In this document: positions 22,716 through 33,000 of the stretch, piece by piece
Numbering within the stretch: position 1 is the stretch's first letter
How the letters are laid out: every line of letters starts with the position of its first letter
Source: Eutreptiella sp. 'Long Island Sound 2002'
Taxonomy: Eukaryota > Protista > Euglenida
DNA length: 33,000 bases
Direction of reading: 5' to 3'
Assembly: GCA_964036045.1 (NCBI GenBank)
Contig: OZ038378.1
Span: forward strand, 184,481,001 to 184,514,000
The notes under the pieces: model-generated
Told to the model about the DNA's origin: nothing
Database searches by the model: none
Seen by the model: only the letters and a program-made list of their open reading frames with translations
Position numbers and translations under genes: made by a program

Positions 22716-23301
22716 CCCCCCCCCCCTCCGTGTCCAACGAACATTGTGTCCAATGAACACTTCCGTTCGGACCGTATTTTTTGAGGACCCAATTAATTAG
22801 GTACTTAAATAGGTACCAGGCTCCAGAACCGCGGTTTCAGCCTAAAGCTTTGGGGAAATGAGGGACTTTTGTGATGTATCTTGCAGTAATGGTGGACAAA
22901 TTTGTAAAGCAGGTTGTGAGGGAATGGTGTCCCTCAACTACAGGACCTCTATTGCCCACCATGACTGATTCTCTGCTTGCACCCGGCCAGGAGGTGCTAT
23001 ACAAGCGGTGCCACCACTTCTGCCCGTGCCAAGAACAAGAAGGGCTCCAAGCCCGGGGAGCATGTTCAATTTTTCCAAATGAAGCGGGACCGCAACAAGG
23101 GCTTCTATTCTGAAAAGTGCTAATTGGAGGCCTCCATCAGCATTGTGCTTTGAATGGGCTGGGCAACTTGTGCCTAGGAATGTGTTACCGCCGTTTCACA
23201 ATGTTGTCGCGCGCACCGAACAGTGTGCCCAACGAACACTCCTGTTCAGACCGTTTTTTTCAAAAGGACAAAACTGTTCGTTGGACACGGGGGGGGGGGG
23301 G
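22716..23301. mobile_element. MITE-like element with C-run/G-run termini
   Basis: C-run+TCCGTGTCCAACGAACA at the left end versus TGTTCGTTGGACACGG+G-run at the right end. Subterminal related copies GTG(T/C)CCAA(T/C)GAACACT at about 22746 and 23225. Confidence 0.7.
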
Positions 23302-24333
23302 CTTCTGCTTACAACTGAACTCCCTGTAAGTGCCGCCTTTGAAAGCCTGCACCCACATCTGTAACGATTTGCAACCGTTGCTCAGGGTCAGGAGTTGCCC
23401 TGTAAAGGTTGCAATCGTTGGTCAGGAACCATGCAACCCCACAGGTGTCTACGGGAATACTACCGCTTCCACCGCGGGCAAGGGCTACCTTGCCTGCCCC
23501 CAGGCCACTACGCCCCCATCGTGCATCCTGCCCCTCCACACACTGCATCCTGACGCAGCCCCCCGCCCCTGTGTACTCCGAAGAGACTGACCACGATGGA
23601 CATCACGCAAAAATTTTTCAGAGGAAGGGGTCCACGGTGTAGGGGCCGTGTACTGGTGGGACGCGTCAAGGGCCAGTGCATGACATCCCAACACACATTG
23701 TGTGGGTACAACACGTGCGTGCAGTTGACAGGTGGTCTTATGCTATGCATTGCATGCTATCCTATGCTGTACGTGGTCCTATGCTGTGCATCCTATCCTA
23801 TCTTATGCTGCATGCAGTCCACACGTGGTTCTATACGATGCATCTTATGGCTACCAGGATGTTCACAAACAGACTGCACCGTGAGTAGTGCTCATCTTCT
23901 TTTCATCGCAGATGAGGGGCGTTGCATGAGCCCTTGTGCACACATGGCTGGCTGCCAGGAAATGGAATGGTCCGATGCTGCTTGACAGTAGTACATTATT
24001 AAGGTTGGAGCATACAGCAGGTGTGCCTCCTCCACACCATTGGCCACACTTTGGTAACATGCATTGCCAGACGCACTAACCACAATCACAAGGAGATGAG
24101 AGGCAGCATTATTGGCGATTCTGGTCGAGGGTGAAAATGTCCCTGTCGCAGTGGATGCGGTGCGCTGCGGGATGTGGTAACGCTGTGCTTTGTATTTCCG
24201 ACAAAGCGGACCGTCACTGTTTGGGAGCAATGCGGCGATGTTGCTTTGTAAAAGGGCACACCGTCCACCCTGAAGTGCTTCTGCACTGCCGAGGGGTGCT
24301 GCGATGCTGTGCCTCTTTTTTGGGGAGACGCAG

Positions 24334-24406
24334 TCAGGAGCGATGTGCTATGGAACTGGACAGCTCTGAACGTTGATTCCGAGAGGTTGTCTCGAGTACC
24401 GCACAG
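24334..24406 (+). CDS. Candidate upstream exon of the plus-strand gene
   Basis: CGCAG acceptor, open RSDVLWNWTALNVDSERLSRVPH, followed by GTGAGT donor. Connection to the 25461 exon not resolved. Confidence 0.3.
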
Positions 24407-25034
24407 TGAGTAGGCTACGCCAGCTCATCTTGGTCTGGACAAAAAAAAAGGTCCAGTCAGGAGCGATGTGCTGCCCTGTGAGATCCGCATCCCTGTGAAT
24501 GCATCCTGTGCCACTGTTGGCCAGTCTTCACTGGCGTCACCGTCCATTCTCAAGAAGAAGAAGGCAGCGCGCAGGAGAAACTCGGGTTCAATTCTGGACA
24601 GGAACCCTGGCACGGCATGCATTGACGACCTGTCTTCCTCTGCACGGGACCACAATACTAATGGATGTCATTGCGGTGCGGGGCCCTGCCCACATGATGT
24701 GAAGTTTTGCACACTCATCACTCGCACACGCATGAAAGAGAAGTCATGGGAGGTCATCTGTCGGAGTATGAAGCGGTTGCACATGGAACAACACAGCACA
24801 GCAATATCTGTTGCACCTGTGTTTGGCTGCGTGAGGCCTGCGGGGGCTCATGCAGGCTGCTCAGGGTCGTTAAAGACTGTCCAGGGTGGTGAGAGGGTGG
24901 TGAAGGATGCTGAAGGGGGAGGAGGACTGCACAGGGCTACGGCAAGGTTTGTGCGCAGGGCGCTGTTTTATCACCCGTCTTTTCTCATTCTTTGTTTGTT
25001 GTCTGTGCAAAGGAGCGCCGTAAAGACGCACCCA

Positions 25035-25095
25035 TAACAACTGCTCAACCGCCGTCGGTTACCCTCCAACCACCGTCGGCTGCTGCCCAACCGCT
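25035..25095. repeat. AACCGCCGTCGGTTACCCTCC-type short repeat
   Basis: Two to three degenerate units (CAACCGCCGTCGG, CAACCACCGTCGG, CAACCGC). Confidence 0.6.
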
Positions 25096-25460
25096 GTTCC
25101 TTACCCCCCGAATATGTCTGAGTGCATGGTCACCCATTTTCGTTTTTATTTTTTTTTTGGAGTTATGTGGCGCCCTCGTTGCGCAGAAATATACGGATTT
25201 GTGGAGGTTGCGGACGGTTGTGCAGGATGGAGGAGCGTTGCCACGCGGTGCTGTGGAGGGCTGTGATTCATTGGTGGTTGTGCACTTGGAGGGTTGTAGA
25301 CGTGTGTGGCGACGCCGATGATGGTGCGTGGGTTGCGCAGGAATAAGGGGCGGTTGCGAGGATGTGGGAGCTGCAGGCACTGGCTCCCCTGCAGGGGTCC
25401 ATGCACGCACTGCGGCATTATCCTTGCAACCTCCCAGTCCCACTCTACATCTCCTTTCAG

Positions 25461-26029
25461 GGCGCTATGAAGCTGCTCAGCCCGCAGGACACTGAGTCTG
25501 CCCTGCCCAGAACCCCACATCGGATGCTGGACGTTCCTGGTGGTAAAGGGAGTGCCAAAGGGGTACCGAGCACAATCAGAGACCCCACCAAGCTGTCACC
25601 AAGCGCTGGGGATGCGGGCACGAAGGCATTGCCGGTTACCATCCGATCAGCAGCCCCCAATGCCGGAGTTGCGCCTGCTGCTCAACCTGGCGCTGCCTCG
25701 CCCACCGACCGTGATGAGTTGCTTGGGAGGGTGCTGGGGAGTTATGTCACCCCCCGAGGCACCCACATTGTGGAAGAGGAGGAAGAGGAGGACCTGATGC
25801 TGAGCGTTGCATTGGAGGATGCAGCCCAGAACTTGAGCTCTCTTGCGGTTCTGACACAGTCCATGCTCAACAACATTGAAATTGATCGGTACCGGAGGGC
25901 GCATGCCGCACAGACGAACAGCAATAAGGTCAAGGAAGACCTGGATGAGAAGAAGACTTTTGGGCCCAAGGTGGATCCCGCTACGTTGGACCCCATTCAG
26001 CGATATCTTTACTACACAACTCCCAAAAG
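25461..26029 (+). CDS. Exon of an unknown multi-exon protein (largely low-complexity/disordered)
   Basis: Acceptor CTACATCTCCTTTCAG, 569-nt open frame GAMKLLSPQ...EEEEEEDLMLSVALEDAAQNL...DPIQRYLYYTTPK+AG. Donor GTAGAC, phase 2. Confidence 0.72.
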
Positions 26030-27176
26030 GTAGACCCCACTTGACGCGTGTTCACATGCTCCTGCATTGAGAATCGTACTTGTCATCTGCAGATGTCAGG
26101 CATCGTGATCGAACAGTGCATGCCAACTTGTCGAGTGGGAAGTGGCAGGTTCGGGGGTTGGTGATGTAGCCTTATGCCTTCGGGTAGGCGGTGGTGCGCT
26201 TGGAGACACTCACGTCGAGTACCCTCGCCTACTCTTGTCCGACCCCCCGGGAACTGTCACTTTGGTTATGGTACAATGCACATTGAGGCCACCGATTGAT
26301 GAATTGTGCTGTTTGACGGTTCCTGCTGCCTCTCTGCACACCGGCCCAAGCAGTTTCGTATATTGTATGGGGCTCGGGTGGTGTGGCCGGCAAAGGCGTA
26401 CCAACGAGCGACGGCGGCGGCAGCTGTGGCGTCGCTCAGGGGACATGGCGATGAGGACCCTGTAGGACGGTGCAATGGTGTTTTGGAGTTTTGCAACATT
26501 TGTGTCTCTCTTCCGGCCAAGAAACCTTGAAAATGGCCCGTTCTGGCAATGAGAATGCGCCAGGAATCCATTTTTACGGGAAGCTATCCCAGACCACGTA
26601 GCACGGCCGAAGCCAAACGGTGTTGTTCGCCTTTTTTTCGTTCGTTTTGATGCATGTGCGAGTGTGCGCCCTCCTCCGCAGGACCCCCTTAGCAGCCCCC
26701 GCCCCCAAGGGGCGGCCGTGGGGCGGGCGGCTGCCGAGGGGCGGGCGGCTGCAGGGGAGCACAGGGCGCGACACACAGGGCTACAGGCAGAGGGCAGGCG
26801 GGATCGGGTCAAAGCCACGGCTGTCTTTTGGCAACGAGATTTTTTTGGTCTTCACTGAGGAGATCCCCTGACGGACAGCCCTTTGGGCCGGCGGTCATCC
26901 ACCAGTTGTCGGCGATTGCATTACTGGATGATCGGAAACTATGCCGTGTGTAGTGCCTGGCTGCCTTCTCCGATGACGGTGTGCGCGTTCGTTGGGTCAC
27001 GCGTGCACCAACGAGAGCCCAGAGCAGGCGAGGGAGAGCCTCAAAGGGCTAGAGTACCGGTCCCTTTCGCGCCGTACTCCGCAAGGTCGAGCAGGGGCAG
27101 CCTGGGCGCACCCGGCCACCTCCTGTGCATCGCCCCCCCCCCCCCCCCAATTAACCGTGCGAACCCTGGGCATGTC

Positions 27177-27370
27177 GGGTTTTCACTTCCGGGGGGGGGG
27201 GGGTCAATAGAGCCCCCAAAAACTGGGGGGGGGGGTTCGGGAAAAGGGCCGAGGCCCGGGGGTCAGTCTCTGTAGGATTTTGGGGGTCCTGTCAATTGAG
27301 CCCTTTTTTTGGGGGAGGGGGGGTCCGGCCGGAGGGCTCTATCGACCCCCCCCCCCGGAAACGAAAACCC
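27177..27370. mobile_element. Short inverted-repeat element
   Basis: GGGTTTTCACTTCC(G)nTCAATAGAGCCC (27177-27215) versus GGGCTCTATCGA(C)nGGAAACGAAAACCC (27334-27370). Confidence 0.7.
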
Positions 27371-27488
27371 GGCCTCCCCTGGGCGAAAGATGTCCTCTGC
27401 CAAAAAAAAAAACAGTCGTGTGAAACATCGCTGCCACAACGCTCCGGTGCATGCGGCGCCGGGCCAGACACATGCACGGGGGGGGGGG

Positions 27489-27884
27489 GGGTCCATATGC
27501 GACCCCCCGCCCCCTGCCCCGGCGAGTCAGTCACAAAGGATGGCCGGGTTGGGCTCTCGAAGGCGCCGGGCAATTTTTTTCCAGATATCTTTTTTGCACA
27601 TCATTTGAGGTGTTGTGATGTCTCGATGCGGCGGAACAGAAACGTGGGTCTGATGTATTGAAAACGCCCCCGGGGGTCACAAGGCCCAACCAGCCCCAGC
27701 TCTTGTTGGTGGCTGAGCTGTTGAGTGACGCTGTACGTCAGGTATCATGCCCTCCTCCACCGGGTAGCGATCATTTGAAGGTGCATGCGTTGGGGTACCC
27801 CCCTGGGCCGCCGGTTAGACCCCCTCTTCCCAAAGGGATTTCGGCCCACTTCTTTGAGGGGGTGGGGGGGTCGCATATCAACCC
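27489..27884. mobile_element. MITE-like element (25-bp inverted ends)
   Basis: GGGTCCATATGCGACCCCCCGCCCC (27489-27513) versus the reverse complement of 27859-27884, 3 mismatches apart from G-run length. Confidence 0.55.
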
Positions 27885-28293
27885 AAGGCCTCGACCCCTC
27901 CCCTTGGACACATGACTCCAGCATCGCGATGGGCGGAGGCTTCCGGACACTCAAATCCGTACAAGGGAAGGCCCCGCCCTCACAGCCCATGTGTGGTCAC
28001 CGTCTCGGGTGCTGGTTTGGGGCAGGCCGCCAACCGAAATGCTCTCTGTGAGAACAGCGGGTGGGTGGAGGGTGGTGCCATCATGACCTCAGACGATTTG
28101 TCGGATGTGCCGGTGCCACGGTCCTCACCGTGTCTCACTCTACCGGACACCTACAAAAAAACCGTTGTGCGAAATATTGGTGCTGCCAATCCAATGAGCG
28201 CGGGAAGCAATCATCACTGTTCTCTGATGTTTGCACATCTGCGTGCTCGACCGAGACAATGTGACTTCCAGCCACATGACGTGATACCTGCAG

Positions 28294-28468
28294 AAAAATT
28301 GTCTTTCAAGACGACAAGACCGTTGCCGATGATTCGCCCCGAAAGCGAAAGCAACTCGTTGACCCCAAGAATTTCCGGGCAAAGCAGATCAAAATGCTGT
28401 CGCGCGGCGCCATTCCATGCAACAAAAATGCATCTTTAATCTACGGCAACGGGCCTAAGGAAGGCAAG
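28294..28468 (+). CDS. Next exon of the same unknown gene
   Basis: Acceptor CCTGCAG. The first A completes AG|A (Arg), then KIVFQDDKTVADDSPRKRKQLVDPKNFRAKQIKMLSRGAIPCNKNASLIYGNGPKEGK. Donor GTATGC, phase 0. Confidence 0.62.
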
Positions 28469-29849
28469 GTATGCTGTAGATACGTATGGACCAGGCGGCT
28501 GTGTCATGCTGCGATGGTGGGGGCTTGTGTGGTGCCGTGCATGGGCAGTCAGAGGGGCACCGTGTGCTTGTCTGCCCACCAGTGCCCTGCCTTCAGGAAA
28601 CGTGGTTTGCCAGCGGTAACGAGTAAATGGCAGTTTGGCGTGTGCATGGGCATGCGTTGTGCTCAGCAAGTGTATGTCATTATGCTGTGTGCCAGTGAGC
28701 AGAGGTACTAACGAGGTAGTGTACCATGCAGTGCCTGTGCCTTCTTTGCACATTCCTCTTTCGTGAAGCGAAACCAGTACCTCCACACAATTCTCACATT
28801 CCAGGAAGGAGAAAAAAATAGGGAAGGTGCAGGGGCAGAAAGATTGTGAGAGCAGCACCTTGGACCCTTTAGGTCGCACTACTGGAGAGGGTAAAGTGCC
28901 TGCTGGTTTCAAATGAGGGCGCTGCAGTCCTGGGATCTTCAAAAGCTCTGTCCTAGGCTCATCAACCGACGGCCATCCGTTGCATCGCACTCTGCAGTTC
29001 GGCCAAGCACTTATGTCGGTGGACCCTCCCCGTTTGGCCAAACTACCCCCTTGTTTTAGTGGGACCGAAAGATTTCTTGAGAGCCCTTTTGCACTTTTTA
29101 CAAATGTTATGTAGCCACTTTGATTTCTCTCTGATACGGCAGTGGTTACACAGCCAAGCATTGTTGTATGGCTGGAGCACAGCAGCTTTGGTCACAAGGC
29201 TGGGCGGTCTGGGCTTGTAACTTCCCAGATTGGTTGTGGAGTGGCGTCATCAGGGATTCATATGTCTGGGGTCATAGATACACCCAGCCCCCTTTTTTTG
29301 CCTGTTTCATCCCGCTTTTTGGTGAATGGGGTGTTTTTGCTATGCGGCCAGGTTCGAAATGTGCAAAAAGTACCCAAACTACTGTCTCACGTGCTCAGAA
29401 ATTTTGTTAAGACTCCTATGTACACATTTCGAGGGCACTTGGGCTATGTGCCGGTGGTTGATGTTCAAGTGCCGGCGTTGGGCTGCCACTGAATGGATGG
29501 AGGTCAATCGCCAGCAGTTGGTGCATGAAATATTATGCACAAAGCAATGTTTCCTCTCAGACACTTAAATACCTGCACAAAAGTGGGTGGTACTTGACCC
29601 CGGATGTTTTGGCTGGTTTGCCTTGGTGCCTTTGTGGTTCACCCATCTGCCCCTTGCCCTCTCGCCTGATGATTCAAAACCCCGCAAATTTTGATGAGCA
29701 CCCACCTCTACTGACTTTAAAGTTCTTATCTGGGTCCACTCATCGTGGACACAACAATCAACCAAACATACATGATTATGACATTGAGGTGGACAGCCAT
29801 GGCCCATTTTCCCTCGGCAGAAGGCACACTATTTGTTGGGTACTAGGGA

Positions 29850-30015
29850 CCACAACCTGCATACAACCAACAGATGGCACCCTCCTGGGTGTGACAGACA
29901 TCCCGTGCACAACTGACATAGCACCCTCCTGTGTACAACTGAGTTGGGGCACCCTCCCATGTACAGTGCCATCCTGTTTACAACCGAAAGAAAAACCCCA
30001 TCCCGTGTACAAGCG
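29850..30015. repeat. Degenerate tandem repeat (GCACCCTCC..GTGTACAAC-like units)
   Basis: GCACCCTCC three times, with CATCC(C/T)GT(G/T)TACAA variants. Confidence 0.65.
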
Positions 30016-30141
30016 ACATTCCTCTGCACAGCAAGAGGCGGGCGAAATGCGCTTGGTGTAATCCCCCCCCCCAAAATAAGCAAGTTGGAGCCCGCCCCAC
30101 CTGGCCCCTAATTATGCTATCGCTGCTGTTCTATGTTGCAG

Positions 30142-30261
30142 GACATGACCATCAATGATGAAACAGTGATTCGACATCACCAGGGCAGCACTGCAAAGAC
30201 CTCAGCCACTCAGCAGAGTGCGGCTTCTTCAGGAGGTCAGCCACAGAATTCTCATCTGAAG
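30142..30261 (+). CDS. Further exon of the same unknown gene
   Basis: Acceptor TTCTATGTTGCAG, exactly 40 codons DMTINDETVIRHHQGSTAKTSATQQSAASSGGQPQNSHLK. Donor GTGCTA. Phase 0/0 matches the previous exon. Confidence 0.58.
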
Positions 30262-30519
30262 GTGCTACACGCCTGCCCTTCTTCTGGGGTGCATGCCTGC
30301 ACTTGAAGGGAGGGAGGTAACCCCCCCCCGTCCCGTGTACAGCAACGGTCAGTTACACCGCAACTGTCCAACTGCAAACCGTGGGTACCTCGGTTTTATA
30401 ACCCCTGCCTCCTGCCCCCCAACCAATTTCCCAACCGTAGCCAACCGGTTTTGCAAGAATTGCCGCACAACCCTGTGGCCTGCCTCTTGTTCGAGTGCAG
30501 GCCTGGAAAGGGGGGGGGG

Positions 30520-32102
30520 GGGGCGTTCCACCTCCCGGATTCCGAGATCAGCCACCCAATAGTGCCCTACAGGCGAGGAGTTGGCCGTTTGTAGGCTAGC
30601 ATGAGTTGGCTGAAAAAATTTGACAATTTGACTTTTTCCAACAACTTTCTGTCTGGTCTGTGATGGTTTGGGTCATCATTTGGTGACTATACGGGTATAC
30701 TAGCACCCATAATGTTGTTACATCAAGGTGCCGGTATGAGCACCATATACCCCCCCCCCCTCTTGATGGTATTCATGTAGCAAACCCAATGTTTGAAATC
30801 CAATGTTTAGCCCCTTGTAAAATCATCATGTTGGAAATATTTCAATTTTCGCCCCCCCTTCCGATGAAACCCTGCCCTCCAAGTCGAAAACCAAGATGTG
30901 TGCCTGCGGGTAGGCAAAATGCCACGCACCAGCCCCCAAAAGTAATGATGCCAGTGAAGGAAGGGTAGTTCCCAAATGGGGACATTGTCATGGTGGCATC
31001 ATGAGCACCCCACCTCTCGCAATCTTGGAACCCGTCCTCCTCACCCCAACCCAATGGGTGGATAACCAAAACCAACCCACCAATGCATGCATGGAGGAAT
31101 CCCTCCTCGAAAGGTGAACACGTACACACAACGAGAAGTACCAACCAACATACTCACTCCACCTTTATGGCACCCCCCAAGCTGGGTGCCAATTTGGGGA
31201 GGTGGTTGACCCTTCCATTGCCCCATGCCCGTGGACCTGTTGCAATGATAGCATTGTGATTATCTGTTATAGCCCCCAAGGCATTGAAGACCAGCAACCA
31301 GAACAATTGGACTGTGTGCCAGGACCATAACAGGGGGCATAAAGATTCCCTAGAACACAATTGAATCAATGGCACCATTTTGCAACAAGTATTGTCCCTC
31401 CAGACGGCATGGTGCCTTGTGCGAGTGGTAGTCAGGCCCCTTTCTTGCCTACACCTGCATACATTGTCTATTGATGAGGTATTACACTGTGTCTGTTCAC
31501 AAATTGCTTGTTTAACTGTGTATTGCCCCAAAGGGGGGTTGCAAAACAGAAAGTCACCTCGAAGAGGGTTGTTGGATCAAGCGCATGCACAGGCGCCATT
31601 ACCCCCGTTTGGGGTATTCGGGTAGCATACCCCAATGTATGACATTGCATGTTTAGCCCCTTGTTAAATCATCATTTTGGGGGACACAATTATCCCACCA
31701 TGAATTTTTCGATATTGACCCCTCAGCCCCCTAGCGCTTAGTTGCCACTTTTGGGGGTTGCGGGGTGGGGTGGGGTGGGGTGGGGTGGAGGGGAGATGGG
31801 GGTCAAAACTTGGTTGGCGTGTTGTGGCCACTATGTGTGCATCTAGATGCAGGTCCCAGTGAGGTTTCTTCTTCTATCTAGACCCCTTGGCCAATGGCCC
31901 GCCCCAGGTTCTACCTCCCAGTCTCCGAGATCGGCTACCCTACAGGTGAGGATTTAGCCGCTTTTAGGCTAGCCACTTGTAAAATCATCATTTTGTGCAT
32001 ATTCCATTTTTTGGCCTCTCACACCTCAACCCCCGCTTCCGATGAAACCCTGCCCTCCAAGTCGAAAACCAAGATATGTGCCTGCGGGAAGGCAAAATGC
32101 CA
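30520..32102. repeat. Cluster of related dispersed-repeat copies
   Basis: 66-bp near-identical pair 30859-30924 and 32037-32102 (2 mismatches). TGTTTAGCCCCTTGT(A/T)AAATCATCAT at about 30804 and 31650. ACCTCCC...CCGAGATC.GC...CCCTACAGG.GAGGA at about 30530 and 31912. Confidence 0.8.
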
Positions 32103-32239
32103 GGACGACTGGTTAGAAGCGCCCTCGCAAAGGCGGATGCAAGGGCCAGGCTGGCAGCTCTGGTCTTCAAATCTTGCCGCTGGAGCCCTTCGCACATTCT
32201 TTGCGCACCTCCGTAGTCACAGTGTCATCCAACGGATGT

Positions 32240-33000
32240 CACCAGCGAATCACTGGGACCCAGGAGACTGGATTTGGGGTGATGTCTGTGGCCATTGACC
32301 AGCAAAGGAAATACCACAGGACGCGGTTATGTGTGCCCCCCCTCCAGACTTCCCAACCTACGCCAAGGGGAACGGCAGTTTTGCCATGTGGCTGAGGCGG
32401 TGTTGATGCAGATCCCATTGCTGGCCCTGCAAGCCACCTTCTTCAAATGGTTGGTGGATGCGGAAGTCTCAATGTCCTATTTTTCACTCATAGTGAATGG
32501 GATTGCACCCCTTGTGTATATTCGCAATGTTCACATTCAAACAGGGAATTCGGCATCTTCAACGCAACCCTGAGTGCCCCCACCCCACCCCACCTCCATT
32601 CACTCCCAGCCCAATGCGTGGACAACCAACCCACCTATCCATAAGTGGAGGATTCAAAAGGCAAACACATACGCACACCCGAGGCACTAACTGGCATACT
32701 CACTGAGCCTTGGTGGCACACCGCCCCCCTTTCCCGACCCCGCGCTTATGCCACGGGGCTTGGGGTCCAGAACTCAATTGTACCACCTGGTGAACACTTT
32801 GCTGTTTCACACAGCGTGGTAGTTATGCCAAGCATTCAGCACTCCTTGTAGGCACTGCGTGGCAGCTCTCTGATGCGCAAAGTGAAGCTAAGCACATTCC
32901 ACTGCACATGGCCCAGCACATTACAGGTGCAAGGATAGTGGTGTAATAACTTGCTTCACACTTCATGGACAACATTCAGCAGCCCTTTGGACTGCTGTCG
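32240..33000 (+). pseudogene. Possible decayed DNA-transposase-like coding sequence
   Basis: Frameshifted segments DFPTYAKGNGSFAMWLRR, LLQMVGGCGSLNVLFF and EALTGILTEPWW loosely recall uncharacterised hAT-like transposases. From memory, not verified. Confidence 0.22.

Noticed and set aside
28805-29112. Additional exons of the plus-strand gene (for example KEKKIGKVQGQKD...)
   Set aside because: Phases are incompatible with 28468 unless an unsupported micro-exon is assumed. The 28468 to 30142 join is simpler.
1-33000. CRISPR array, rRNA or prokaryotic operon
   Set aside because: No equal-length repeat-spacer array, rRNA signature or operon-like gene packing. The window is intron-containing eukaryotic DNA.

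Overview
Repeat-rich, intron-rich eukaryotic genomic DNA. A euglenozoan or euglenid origin is plausible from the unusual splice donors and repeat style, but this is inference only. Two host genes can be supported. (1) The 5' part of an apparently intact NIMA-related (NEK) Ser/Thr kinase on the minus strand: four exons reconstructed in frame across GT-AG introns (3979-3881, 2002-1780, 1620-1473, 578-394), continuing off the left edge. (2) A plus-strand multi-exon gene of unknown function with three frame-compatible exons (25461-26029, 28294-28468, 30142-30261). The rest is mostly microsatellites, a tandem pair of tRNA-derived SINEs, several short inverted-repeat (MITE/foldback-like) elements, probable LINE and transposase debris, and decayed coding islands. 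The most notable structure is a foldback-type element in NEK intron 1 whose interior is a decayed PHD-finger ORF. Two other inverted-repeat elements also have coding-like interiors, suggesting Pack-type fragment capture. No prokaryotic-type system, CRISPR array, rRNA or intact tRNA is visible. Most short ORFs in the supplied track are artefacts of repeats.
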